A stretch of 64,000 nucleotides of DNA from NCBI GenBank assembly GCA_017625395.1, contig JAGALD010000044.1, positions 1,248 through 65,247 on the forward strand, written 5' to 3'. Shown here piece after piece: positions 17,869 to 26,835 of this stretch. The DNA comes from Bacilli bacterium (GTDB taxonomy: Bacteria > Bacillota_I > Bacilli_A > RF39 > UBA660). A program made the position numbers and the translations under genes. Under the pieces are notes generated by a model. It made no database searches. It saw nothing but the letters and a program-made list of their open reading frames with translations, and was not told where the DNA came from. Numbering within the stretch: the stretch's first letter is position 1; every line of letters begins with the position of its first letter.

Positions 17869-19485
17869 CTATTCAACTTCCATTATAAGTGGTATTACTT
17901 GTTTTTTTCTAGAAACAACACCATCTAAAAATAATCCTTCATATATATTTTGATTAAAAGCCCTTTGTAATATATTAAATGTCAAAGTAGATTGATCATA
18001 TAAAATATATGAACCATTTGTCAAAATATCAGTTATCATCAATATAACAAAATCGCTTTTATTATTAATTTTAAATTTATTTAATTCTTTTATAATACTA
18101 TCTTTTCTATCCAATATTTTTTGAACTCCTGTAGTAATAATTTGAGAAACCTTAAATGTATGTCCATTATTATGAAAAGTTTTAATATCAATATTTATTA
18201 ATTCTAATTCACTTTTCTTATCAAAATTTACACTAGAATTAAATAATTCTTTAGAAAAAACTAAATAATCTAGTCCACTAATTTTTTCAAGTTCAAAAAT
18301 TACTTCCCTATCTTTATCAGTAGTAGTAGGACTTGTTAATGCTAAGGTATCTGAAATAATTCCAGAAAGCATAATTGAAGCAATTTCTTTAGGAATTTCC
18401 ACTCTATTTTCCTTAAACAAATGATAAACGATTGTATTAGTACTACCTACAGCCATATTTCTAAAATTTATTGGATTATTAGTAGATATATCCCCTATTT
18501 TATGATGATCTATAACTTCTAAGATTTCTGCTTCATCAAGACCAATAGCACTTTGTTCTGATTCATTGTGATCAACCAAAATAACCTTCTTTCTATTCTT
18601 TTTATTAATATCAGTTATTCGAATTAACCCTTTACACACATTTTTCTTATCAACAACAGGATAATTATTAAAACCAAGACTATTTGTCATTTCTAAAAAA
18701 TCATCATAATAGTCACTCTCAAAAACAGTATAAGGTCTTTCACCAGTACATAAAGTTTTAACATAATTACTTAATGATATCTTCTTTACCGTCTTAAATG
18801 TACTAAGAGGTGTTCTAATTATATTAACATTATTTTTTCTAGCAATCTCAATATGTTCATCCTTTACTAAACCATTTCCAGTAATTACAAGTAACTTAAC
18901 ACCTTTATTTACTGCTGCTTCAATAATGCTATGTCTATCACCAACTATTAAAATATCATTTGCAGTAAAATTAAAAGTTTCTATAAAAGTAGTACTTTTA
19001 TAAGATACAGCAGTTATAATTCCCTTAATCTCATCATTAAACCTTAATATCTCCGTACCATTTAAAGTTTTAAGCAAATTGTCATAAGATGTACATAAAT
19101 TATCATTTTCATCATTAAAAATATTTTTTAATATAACTTTAGCGGTAACAATATCAGTAAATTTATTTAAATTATTCACTAAAGGGATTCCTGTTGTATT
19201 ATTATCATTCATATAGTGATATGCATCTTCAATAGAAGAATCTTCATTTATATACAAATCTTTATGATAAATTATATCTTTAATCTGAAGTTTAACATCA
19301 TTTAAATATTTAGGGTATTTTATATTAAACTTATCTAATACAAATCTAGTTTCATCATTTATTTCACCTAATACTCTAGCTTCTGCATATACCCCTAATG
19401 ATTTCTTAAGATACTCCAAAGCAATTGCACTAGTAACAGAATCTGTATCTGGTGTTCTATGTCCAAATATAAAAGTTTTATCCAT
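17869..19485 (-). CDS. ppaC: family II (DHH) inorganic pyrophosphatase with CBS-domain insertion
   Basis: N-terminus FGHRTPDTDSVTSAIA (DHH family), then LVDHNE and VIDHHKIG. An insert of about 250 aa between the DHH motifs gives a 538-aa protein, as in CBS-PPases. Confidence 0.8.
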   Translation of the reverse strand: MDKTFIFGHRTPDTDSVTSAIALEYLKKSLGVYAEARVLGEINDETRFVLDKFNIKYPKYLNDVKLQIKDIIYHKDLYINEDSSIEDAYHYMNDNNTTGIPLVNNLNKFTDIVTAKVILKNIFNDENDNLCTSYDNLLKTLNGTEILRFNDEIKGIITAVSYKSTTFIETFNFTANDILIVGDRHSIIEAAVNKGVKLLVITGNGLVKDEHIEIARKNNVNIIRTPLSTFKTVKKISLSNYVKTLCTGERPYTVFESDYYDDFLEMTNSLGFNNYPVVDKKNVCKGLIRITDINKKNRKKVILVDHNESEQSAIGLDEAEILEVIDHHKIGDISTNNPINFRNMAVGSTNTIVYHLFKENRVEIPKEIASIMLSGIISDTLALTSPTTTDKDREVIFELEKISGLDYLVFSKELFNSSVNFDKKSELELINIDIKTFHNNGHTFKVSQIITTGVQKILDRKDSIIKELNKFKINNKSDFVILMITDILTNGSYILYDQSTLTFNILQRAFNQNIYEGLFLDGVVSRKKQVIPLIMEVE

Positions 19486-19548
19486 AAATATCTACTCCAT
19501 TCCATTTAGCTAAGGTATTATAACACAATAACTATTTTTTTTCAATGT

Positions 19549-19570
19549 TAAAAAAAAGCCATAAGGCTTT
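19549..19570 (-). terminator. rho-independent terminator after the zinc-ribbon repeat gene
   Basis: The stem is aaagcc (19555-19560) pairing with ggcttt (19565-19570). On the minus strand it is followed by a T-run. Confidence 0.6.
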
Positions 19571-19581
19571 AATTTAATAAC

Positions 19582-21027
19582 TTAAGGTAACATTTCCATA
19601 ATATCATCATAAACACTAGATTTAACCTCTGAATAATCTAGATTCATAATAGTAATCTGAAGTGGTGTTGATGAATTTAAATCAACAAAAATAAATGACG
19701 CATTAAATGAATTTATAACACCTTCAACTATAAAACAATCATAACCATTTAATCTCTTATTATAGTAGTCAGAAACACTACCTGTTTCATTTAATTTAGC
19801 AATGAATTCTTCCTTAACAGATTGAAGTTGACTATAAGTTAAAGCATATTTATTAATTTGTGTATACCATGTTCCACTAGTAACAGTTAATTTATCATTA
19901 GATATTTGATATTGATATTTACTAGGAATAACAAAGTTTTCACCTAAAAATTTAACTTTTCCACCTTGATCAGTAGATGCATTACCACCATCATCATTAT
20001 CCTCATCGTCATCTTCTTCATCGTCTTCTTTATCTTCTTTTTTATCATTTTCTTTTTCTTCAGTTTCATCAGATTGAGTAAAATAATAAATTGCAAATCC
20101 ACCAGCACCAAGTATTGCAACAATTAATAACACTAACACAATAATAAGTCCAACACTCTTCTTTTTAGGTTGTTGATTCATTTGATTATTTACAGGTTGA
20201 ACATTTACCATCTCGTTTGCAGGATTTATAGGCATACCGTACATATTTTGTTGTGGTGTATTATTCATTCCACCAAACATTGGTTGTGGTGTTTCTTGTG
20301 TATTATTCATTCCACCAAACGCTGGTTGTGATGCTTCAGGAGCACTATTCATTCCACCAAACACTGGTTGAGGTGTTTCTTGTGCATTATTCATTCCACC
20401 GAACATTGGCTGTGGTGCTTCAGGTGTATTATTCATCCCACCAAACATTGGTTGTGATGCTTCAGGAGCACTATTCATTCCACCGAACATTGGTTGAGGT
20501 GTTTCTGGTGTATTATTCATTCCGCCAAACATTGGTTGAGATGCTTCTGGTATATTGTTCATTCCACCAAACATTGGTTGTGATGCTTCAGGTGTATTAT
20601 TCATTCCGACAAACATTGGTTGAGGTGTTTCTTGTGCACTATTCATTCCACCGAACATTGGTTGAGGTGTTTCTGGTGTATTATTCATTCCGCCAAACAT
20701 TGGTTGAGATGCTTCTGGTATATTGTTCATTCCACCAAACATTGGCTGTGATGCTTCAGGTGTATTATTCATCCCACCAAACACTGGTTGTTGTGCTTCT
20801 TGTGCACTATTCATTCCACCAAACACAGGTTGTGACATTTGAGAAGTATTTACTCCGCCAAAAATTGATTGTTGATTATTAAAATTATTATCAAAGCCCA
20901 TATTATTAATAACAGAATTATTAGCTACAACGTTACCATTATCAAATTCAACAGGACTTCCGCATTTATCACAAAATTTTTCATTCCCTTTTAAAGGATC
21001 TCCACATTTTTTACAAAACATATTCAT
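19582..21027 (-). CDS. single-pass membrane protein: N-terminal zinc ribbon, about 15 tandem QPMFGGMNNxPExx repeats, TM helix, acidic linker, C-terminal domain
   Basis: Zinc ribbon CKKCG...CDKCG, then 14-aa repeats. The TM helix is VGLIIVLVLLIVAILGAGGFAIYYF. The acidic linker is a D/E-rich run, EDKEDDEEDDDEDNDD. Confidence 0.75.
   Translation of the reverse strand: MNMFCKKCGDPLKGNEKFCDKCGSPVEFDNGNVVANNSVINNMGFDNNFNNQQSIFGGVNTSQMSQPVFGGMNSAQEAQQPVFGGMNNTPEASQPMFGGMNNIPEASQPMFGGMNNTPETPQPMFGGMNSAQETPQPMFVGMNNTPEASQPMFGGMNNIPEASQPMFGGMNNTPETPQPMFGGMNSAPEASQPMFGGMNNTPEAPQPMFGGMNNAQETPQPVFGGMNSAPEASQPAFGGMNNTQETPQPMFGGMNNTPQQNMYGMPINPANEMVNVQPVNNQMNQQPKKKSVGLIIVLVLLIVAILGAGGFAIYYFTQSDETEEKENDKKEDKEDDEEDDDEDNDDGGNASTDQGGKVKFLGENFVIPSKYQYQISNDKLTVTSGTWYTQINKYALTYSQLQSVKEEFIAKLNETGSVSDYYNKRLNGYDCFIVEGVINSFNASFIFVDLNSSTPLQITIMNLDYSEVKSSVYDDIMEMLP
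20240..20871 (-). repeat. in-frame 42-nt tandem repeat array (about 15 units) with a 168-nt higher-order unit
   Basis: The unit encodes QPMFGGMNN(T/I/A)(P/Q)E(A/T)(S/P). A stretch of about 95 nt at 20481-20576 recurs at 20649-20744, an offset of 168 nt. Confidence 0.85.
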
Positions 21028-21048
21028 ACACTCCCATATTGTAAAAAT

Positions 21049-21076
21049 AGTATACCACTAATATTAATTTAAGCAA
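21049..21076 (-). promoter_or_regulatory. sigma-A-type promoter with extended -10 for the zinc-ribbon repeat gene
   Basis: On the minus strand: TTGCTT (21076-21071), a 16-nt spacer ending in TGG, then TATACT (21054-21049). A GGGAG RBS lies downstream. Confidence 0.5.
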
Positions 21077-21168
21077 AGTCATTTTTGAAAAAAAGAAAAA
21101 AAGTATTAGTTTACAATTACAAACACTAACACTTTTATATATTAAATTTCTAAAAAATAATTATTTTT

Positions 21169-21789
21169 TTATATAAGATTACTCAATACATTTACACAAT
21201 AATTACTAGCATCTTCAATAAACTTTTTAACATTATTTATATCAAATACTAGAGATTTTTCTAATTTTGAGTTAAGAGAAATAATACCAATTTTTTTAAC
21301 AATTATATTTAGTAAATTATTAGGTATTTCATCTATATGTATAACAGGATATTCAAACTCTTCATAAAAAAGAGATAAATCCATATTATATTCCTCTAAT
21401 AATAAAATATTCATATTAGAATAATCATTATATATAACTTTTCTAATATCTTCTTTCGACAAATTTAAAACAGTACCATCAATAAATTTAACTTGATTAT
21501 CATATACAAAATTATCTAAAAAATTACTATTCCAAATTGCATCAGTACATAAATGAATCAAATAACCAATCTCAAAAGCATTATTTAAGAATAAACGATA
21601 CTTACTAATAAAATCATCTACGCATATGTTACCATTTTTAATAAAGTGACTTTCGTCCCTTGACCTATTAATCTCTTTACTAATATCCGGTGCAATTGTT
21701 CCAAGATAATACTCTTTCTCATTTAACGACAAATTCATTTTTTCTTTAACAACTTTAGCAACCGCCATATGAATTATTGCACTAGCCAT
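21169..21789 (-). CDS. zinc-dependent phospholipase C-like metal hydrolase family protein
   Basis: N-terminus MASAIIHMAVAKVV...LGTIAPDI...SHF is typical of this family. The start ATG at 21789 follows a GGGTGAT RBS. Confidence 0.4.
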   Translation of the reverse strand: MASAIIHMAVAKVVKEKMNLSLNEKEYYLGTIAPDISKEINRSRDESHFIKNGNICVDDFISKYRLFLNNAFEIGYLIHLCTDAIWNSNFLDNFVYDNQVKFIDGTVLNLSKEDIRKVIYNDYSNMNILLLEEYNMDLSLFYEEFEYPVIHIDEIPNNLLNIIVKKIGIISLNSKLEKSLVFDINNVKKFIEDASNYCVNVLSNLI

Positions 21790-21857
21790 ATTATCACCCA
21801 CATATTTTCTATATTAATTTTACACTTATTAATAAAAAGAAACAACAAAAAAAGAAG

Positions 21858-22301
21858 TCAGACCTTCTTTTTAAAACACAAAATACCAATTAAACTACCG
21901 AAAGTATCTAATAAAACATCTTTAACACTACCACATCTACCAGCAACAAACAACTGATGAAATTCATCACTTACCGCATACAAAAAACAAAGAAGTAAAG
22001 AATAAATTATTAAATCATTTTTAACATCATATGCTTTCAATGTAAATAATATTAAAATACCTAATACAAAATACACAACAAAATGAGCAGATTTTCTAAC
22101 TGGAACAAAAAATATATCAACAATTTCCTTAACTTGTTCCTCGGTTGCATCTTCATCAAAAAACCTATAAATTTTAATAATTGTATTATCAATAAATGAA
22201 TTACTCATTTCAGTTGAATCAATAGCCTCCTGATTAGAAAAACAAAATATAATTATCATCCATGTTATAGATAAAAAAGTAAATATAAATTTCTTATTCA
22301 T
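21858..22301 (-). CDS. VanZ family membrane protein
   Basis: RKSAHFVVYFVLGILI and SDEFHQLFVAGRCGSVKDVLLDTFGSLIG are VanZ signatures. Confidence 0.75.
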   Translation of the reverse strand: MNKKFIFTFLSITWMIIIFCFSNQEAIDSTEMSNSFIDNTIIKIYRFFDEDATEEQVKEIVDIFFVPVRKSAHFVVYFVLGILILFTLKAYDVKNDLIIYSLLLCFLYAVSDEFHQLFVAGRCGSVKDVLLDTFGSLIGILCFKKKV

Positions 22302-22303
22302 AA

Positions 22304-23113
22304 TTATTTCTTTTTGCTTTTATTATCGTCAACTTTTTTTGACTTTTCGCTTTTCCTTTTCATTGAATCTTTCTGAGTCTCTCCCATTTGTGATAAATAA
22401 TATTCATCACAAATTTCTTCAGCAGATCCAATTTTTACAACATTACCATGATCTAGCCACACTACTTTATCACAAATCTCTTTAATACTATTAATAGAGT
22501 GTGAAACATATAAAACAGTTGTACCACCTTTTATCAATTCCATCATTTTATTATGACTTTTTTCTTGAAACTTCAAATCACCCACTGATAAAATTTCATC
22601 TACTATCAAAATCTCTGGATCTACAACAGTAGATATAGAAAAAGCAAGCTTTGCAATCATACCAGAAGAAAAATTCTTAACAGGAACATCTAAGAAATCT
22701 TTAAGTTCAGAAAACTCAACAATATCATCAAACTTTTCATTTAAAAACTTCTCACTATAACCTAAAACAGCTCCATTTAAATAAATATTCTCACGAGCAG
22801 TAAGTTCTAAGTCGAAACCAGCACCTAATTCAATCATTGGTGCAATACTACCATTAACAGTGACTTTTCCCTTAGTAGGTTTCATAACACCACTTACTAC
22901 TTTAAGTAAAGTACTCTTACCTGCACCATTACTTCCTATTAGCCCAACAACTTCACCTTTGTTTATCTCAAAATTAACATCTTTTAAAGCCCAAAAATAT
23001 TCTTTTTTTCTTCTTCTTTTTTTATCAAAAATAGCAATAAACATATTTTTAAATGATGACCCTTTATCTATACCAAGGTCAAACTTCATTGATACATTAT
23101 TTACACTTATCAT
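22304..23113 (-). CDS. ABC transporter ATP-binding protein, polysaccharide/teichoic-acid export type (TagH/Wzt-like)
   Basis: Walker A motif GSNGAGKST, signature FSSGM and Walker B ILIVDE. It is paired with an ABC-2 permease. Confidence 0.75.
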   Translation of the reverse strand: MISVNNVSMKFDLGIDKGSSFKNMFIAIFDKKRRRKKEYFWALKDVNFEINKGEVVGLIGSNGAGKSTLLKVVSGVMKPTKGKVTVNGSIAPMIELGAGFDLELTARENIYLNGAVLGYSEKFLNEKFDDIVEFSELKDFLDVPVKNFSSGMIAKLAFSISTVVDPEILIVDEILSVGDLKFQEKSHNKMMELIKGGTTVLYVSHSINSIKEICDKVVWLDHGNVVKIGSAEEICDEYYLSQMGETQKDSMKRKSEKSKKVDDNKSKKK

Positions 23114-23125
23114 AATATAACCTTC

Positions 23126-23917
23126 CTATACATAATAAATAAATTTATCTTGATTCTTTTTAAATACAATCGAACCAATAGCAAGCACACCAATTCCAAT
23201 TGCACCCATTGATAAAAGCTCAACTACTGATGGTAATTGACCATAAAGTATTATTGAACGAGCTCCATTAATAAAAATATATAAAGGATTTAACTTAAAT
23301 AATGATTGCAATGCTTCAGGTATAATTGATATATCATAAAATACAGGAGTCATATAATTCCATATAGTAATTATAATTCCATATATATAAAACATATCTC
23401 TTAAAAATACTGATATAGTAGATAACAATAAACCAATTCCCATAGTAAATAAAAGTAAACAAATAAATATATACGGCAAGAATATATACCATATATTAAT
23501 TGAACAACCAGTTATCAAAATAATAACTAGTAATGGAATCAATGTAAGTAAAAAGTTAATTCCTACAAATAATGTCTTAGCAATCGGAAATATATATTTA
23601 GGAATATATACTTTATTTATTAATGGAAAATTAACAACAACAGAAGACATCGCTACATTACTTGCTTCACTAAAATAATTAAACATAACAAGTCCTGTCA
23701 TTAAATAAACTAAATAGTTAACCCCTTCCATCCTAAACTTAAACATTTGAGAAAAAACCATAGCCATTACTATCATCATCAAAACAGGATAAAGCAAACT
23801 CCACACAATTCCCAAAACACTTCTTTTATATTTAACTTTAAAATCTCTCATGATTAATTGTTTCATCAAAAAACCATATCTATTGAAATTAGCAATTATA
23901 TTCTTTATAACCTTCAT
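23126..23917 (-). CDS. ABC-2 type permease (TagG/Wzm-like)
   Basis: A membrane protein with six predicted TM helices, beginning RDFKVKYKRSVLGIVWSLLYP, typical of ABC-2 exporters. Confidence 0.7.
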   Translation of the reverse strand: MKVIKNIIANFNRYGFLMKQLIMRDFKVKYKRSVLGIVWSLLYPVLMMIVMAMVFSQMFKFRMEGVNYLVYLMTGLVMFNYFSEASNVAMSSVVVNFPLINKVYIPKYIFPIAKTLFVGINFLLTLIPLLVIILITGCSINIWYIFLPYIFICLLLFTMGIGLLLSTISVFLRDMFYIYGIIITIWNYMTPVFYDISIIPEALQSLFKLNPLYIFINGARSIILYGQLPSVVELLSMGAIGIGVLAIGSIVFKKNQDKFIYYV

Positions 23918-23979
23918 ACTTCCTCCTAAAGATTAATATTAACATAGAAAATTGTAACATATATTTAATATTTTAACAA

Positions 23980-24831
23980 TTAATTATTTATAACCAACTG
24001 TTCGAATTCAACAGGAACACTAGATACAAATTTCATTTTTTTATTTGTAATTGGATGAATTATTTCTAATGACTCCGCATGCAACATCATACGTCTAAAC
24101 TTATTATCTTTAACGCCATATTTATTATCTCCTAAAATAGAGTGACCAATATCATTTAATTGAACTCTTATCTGATTCTTTCTACCAGTTTTTATGTCTA
24201 TTTTTAACAATGAATGTTTTTTATTAGACTTAACTCGTTCATAACAAGTAATTGCTAAATCACCACGACTTGAAGAATATGTAATTAAATCTTTATTTTC
24301 TTTTAAATAAGACTTAAGTATTTCTTTATCTTTAGTAATACCTACTACAACAGCATAATAAATCCTTTTAGTTATATCATTCCATTTATCTTGTAAAAGA
24401 AATTTAAGTTTTTCATTCTTAGAAAACAAAACTACACCAGAAGTATCTTTATCTAACCTATGAACAATAAAAATCTTATTATTTTTATTTTTTTCTTTAA
24501 CATAACTTTTAACAATATTATATAAAGTTTTCTCTTTTTCCTTATCAGTTGCAACAGTAAGCAAACCACTAGGTTTATCAACTACTATGAAATCTTTATC
24601 TTCATAAATTATTTTTATATCTTTTAAATCATTATTAATTAAAGTATTTCTAATTTCTACAACATCTTCTTCTTTTAATTCATAATCATACTTTGTTACA
24701 ACATTATTATTTACATGTATTTTATTTTTTAAAAGCAAACTTTTAATATTATTCTTAGACAAACTTTTCAAATTTAATCTTAAAAAATCAAATAATAACA
24801 TTTTTTCTTTAACTACATATCTTTTATTCAT
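23980..24831 (-). CDS. RluA-family pseudouridine synthase with N-terminal S4-like domain
   Basis: Catalytic motif HRLDKDTSG and C-terminal GRKNQIRVQL. Confidence 0.8.
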   Translation of the reverse strand: MNKRYVVKEKMLLFDFLRLNLKSLSKNNIKSLLLKNKIHVNNNVVTKYDYELKEEDVVEIRNTLINNDLKDIKIIYEDKDFIVVDKPSGLLTVATDKEKEKTLYNIVKSYVKEKNKNNKIFIVHRLDKDTSGVVLFSKNEKLKFLLQDKWNDITKRIYYAVVVGITKDKEILKSYLKENKDLITYSSSRGDLAITCYERVKSNKKHSLLKIDIKTGRKNQIRVQLNDIGHSILGDNKYGVKDNKFRRMMLHAESLEIIHPITNKKMKFVSSVPVEFEQLVINN

Positions 24832-24877
24832 AAAAACTCCTACTAAAAAAATAAATATGGTTATCCATATTTAAATT

Positions 24878-25225
24878 TTATATTAAAACTTTTTTCTTAA
24901 CAGGAAATGAAGACACTTTATTTTCTTCCTTATCATTATCATAGTCTACTATTTCAGTTGTACCATCTTCATTATATATCTCTATATAATCGATTTTCTC
25001 TTCTCTTTCTTCAACATATGCATCTTCTTCCATCCCTGGAAAATCCATTAAAAAACGCATACTACCATCTGTATATACAATTACTCTTTCTATTCTAGGA
25101 TCTCCTGTTTTCTTTTCTGGTTCTTTTTTATTCATATTATGTTTTAAAACAACTGTACCAGTCGATAATAAAACAGTTACAATAGCACCAATAATCAAAT
25201 TTCTAGCTTCTTTATTCACACTCAT
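24878..25225 (-). CDS. small single-pass membrane protein, hypothetical
   Basis: An N-terminal TM helix (LIIGAIVTVLLSTGTVVL) followed by an acidic ectodomain. Confidence 0.4.
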   Translation of the reverse strand: MSVNKEARNLIIGAIVTVLLSTGTVVLKHNMNKKEPEKKTGDPRIERVIVYTDGSMRFLMDFPGMEEDAYVEEREEKIDYIEIYNEDGTTEIVDYDNDKEENKVSSFPVKKKVLI

Positions 25226-25282
25226 ATCCCCTTACAGCTTTGTAATTATAACATTTAACAATAAAGTTGTCAAATATACTAA

Positions 25283-26764
25283 CTAAACACGTTCATACAA
25301 AGAAAAATAATCATCTTCATATAATTCTTTATATCCATCATCTAAATCTAAAACAACTTTTAATTTATTAGTATTATAAATCACAACATGGCTTATATCA
25401 TATTTATCAAAAATAACATTATAACTTTTATATAATCCAACCGCATCCCTAAAAATAGTACACGAAGGATTAAACTCTTCTAAATAAAGATCTGCTCTTG
25501 AATCAATAAAAACAGGTATATTTTTATATAATAGATAACTTCCAAAATTATACTCATTAAATAATTTAATATTATCTAAATCTAAATTATTAATTATATA
25601 ATCAGAAAGTTCCACTGGATATTTTTTACTATTAATGAAATCTTTTTTATTATTAGATGATAAAATTGCAAAAGAAGTACTTAAAAACAAACAAATAAAA
25701 ATAACAAATATAATATTATTTAATAATACCTTCTCTACTGTCAAAGGACTTGATTTACCAATATACATTACTAAAAGTCTAGCAATACTAAAAATAGCTA
25801 AAACTGCAAATAAAGCATAACTTCTTCTAGACATAAATGCAAGTAATGCAAGCCCACCTAGCAAGAAAAGATCTTTAAGTTTTATTTTCATATTCTTTTT
25901 TAACATAAAAATAATCAAAATAGAAAGAATCACAAATAATTGTGGTCTCTCATTTATAGTAATAGGCAAATGTTCACTAATATGTGACATAGAAACACCC
26001 ATTTTAGTTTTTATCAAATAAGTAAATGGAACAAATCTATTAGGTGTTAAAAAACCAGTAAAAATAGAAATAATCATTACTATCAAAGTAGATTTAAAAT
26101 TACTACCATTTTCTATATCAACCCTATCTAAAGAAACCCAATTATCAAAATATTTAGAATTAACAAAGAAAATAATATCTGACACTAAATAAGGAAGAAA
26201 TAATACAAATATAAAAGGCCAAACAGCACAGTGTAAATTTGCAATCAACAAAGAACACAAAATTATATATAGAGAATATCTCTTATTTTTAGTATCTCTA
26301 AACATTTCTATTGAATATAAAATAATTAAAAAGAGAATATAAGTTACAAGTTGTGCTCTTGCAGCAATAAAACTACTCATAGTAAGAGATAAGATAACAC
26401 TTAAAATATAGGATATTCCCCTATCTTTAGTAATCTTATTACATGTAAAATACATAGTACTAATTAAAATAAAAGATAAAATTATTGTAGATATATATAT
26501 ACCATTTAATCCAAAAAAATTATAAATCAAATAAATAAAAACATCATACAACCAATGAGGATATGTATATTCTAATCCTTCAGTCCATGCAAAATGTTCC
26601 TTCATATCTACTCCATTTTCTATAATACTCTCACCTACTTTAATAGTATAAAAAGTATCATTTTGAAACACTTTAGGAGTAATAATTATAGCAATGCAAA
26701 TAAATGATATTATTAAAAGTATTTTAAATTTCAAATTATTTTTCTTATTCTTCATATTCATCAC
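25283..26764 (-). CDS. polytopic membrane protein with C-terminal soluble domain (GT-C/ArnT-like glycosyltransferase suspected)
   Basis: More than 10 hydrophobic helices, with an N-terminal loop NDTFYTIKVGESIIENG...YPHWLYDV. It sits next to the TagGH-like exporter. The functional call is weak. Confidence 0.3.
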   Translation of the reverse strand: MMNMKNKKNNLKFKILLIISFICIAIIITPKVFQNDTFYTIKVGESIIENGVDMKEHFAWTEGLEYTYPHWLYDVFIYLIYNFFGLNGIYISTIILSFILISTMYFTCNKITKDRGISYILSVILSLTMSSFIAARAQLVTYILFLIILYSIEMFRDTKNKRYSLYIILCSLLIANLHCAVWPFIFVLFLPYLVSDIIFFVNSKYFDNWVSLDRVDIENGSNFKSTLIVMIISIFTGFLTPNRFVPFTYLIKTKMGVSMSHISEHLPITINERPQLFVILSILIIFMLKKNMKIKLKDLFLLGGLALLAFMSRRSYALFAVLAIFSIARLLVMYIGKSSPLTVEKVLLNNIIFVIFICLFLSTSFAILSSNNKKDFINSKKYPVELSDYIINNLDLDNIKLFNEYNFGSYLLYKNIPVFIDSRADLYLEEFNPSCTIFRDAVGLYKSYNVIFDKYDISHVVIYNTNKLKVVLDLDDGYKELYEDDYFSLYERV

Positions 26765-26800
26765 AAAACAAGTATACTAGATAACATATTTTTTTTCAAA

Positions 26801-26824
26801 TTAAAAAGAGAATCAAGTTCTCTT
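26801..26824 (-). terminator. terminator after the 1620-aa repeat gene
   Basis: The stem is aagagaa (26806-26812) pairing with ttctctt (26818-26824). On the minus strand it is followed by TTTAATTT. Confidence 0.55.
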
Positions 26825-26835
26825 AATAATTAATA

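Noticed and set aside
20240-20871. Regularly spaced short repeats that could be taken for a CRISPR array; the same question applies to the ~720-nt periodicity at 27379-29541
   Set aside because: The repeats are contiguous, with no unique spacers, and in-frame within long ORFs. No cas genes are present in the window.
20253-20882. A 209-aa plus-strand ORF with a striking repeat (YYSFHQTLVV...)
   Set aside because: It is the reverse-complement reading of the 42-nt MFGG repeat array. The minus-strand gene has a promoter, an RBS, a zinc ribbon, a TM helix and a terminator. The plus-strand ORF has none of these.
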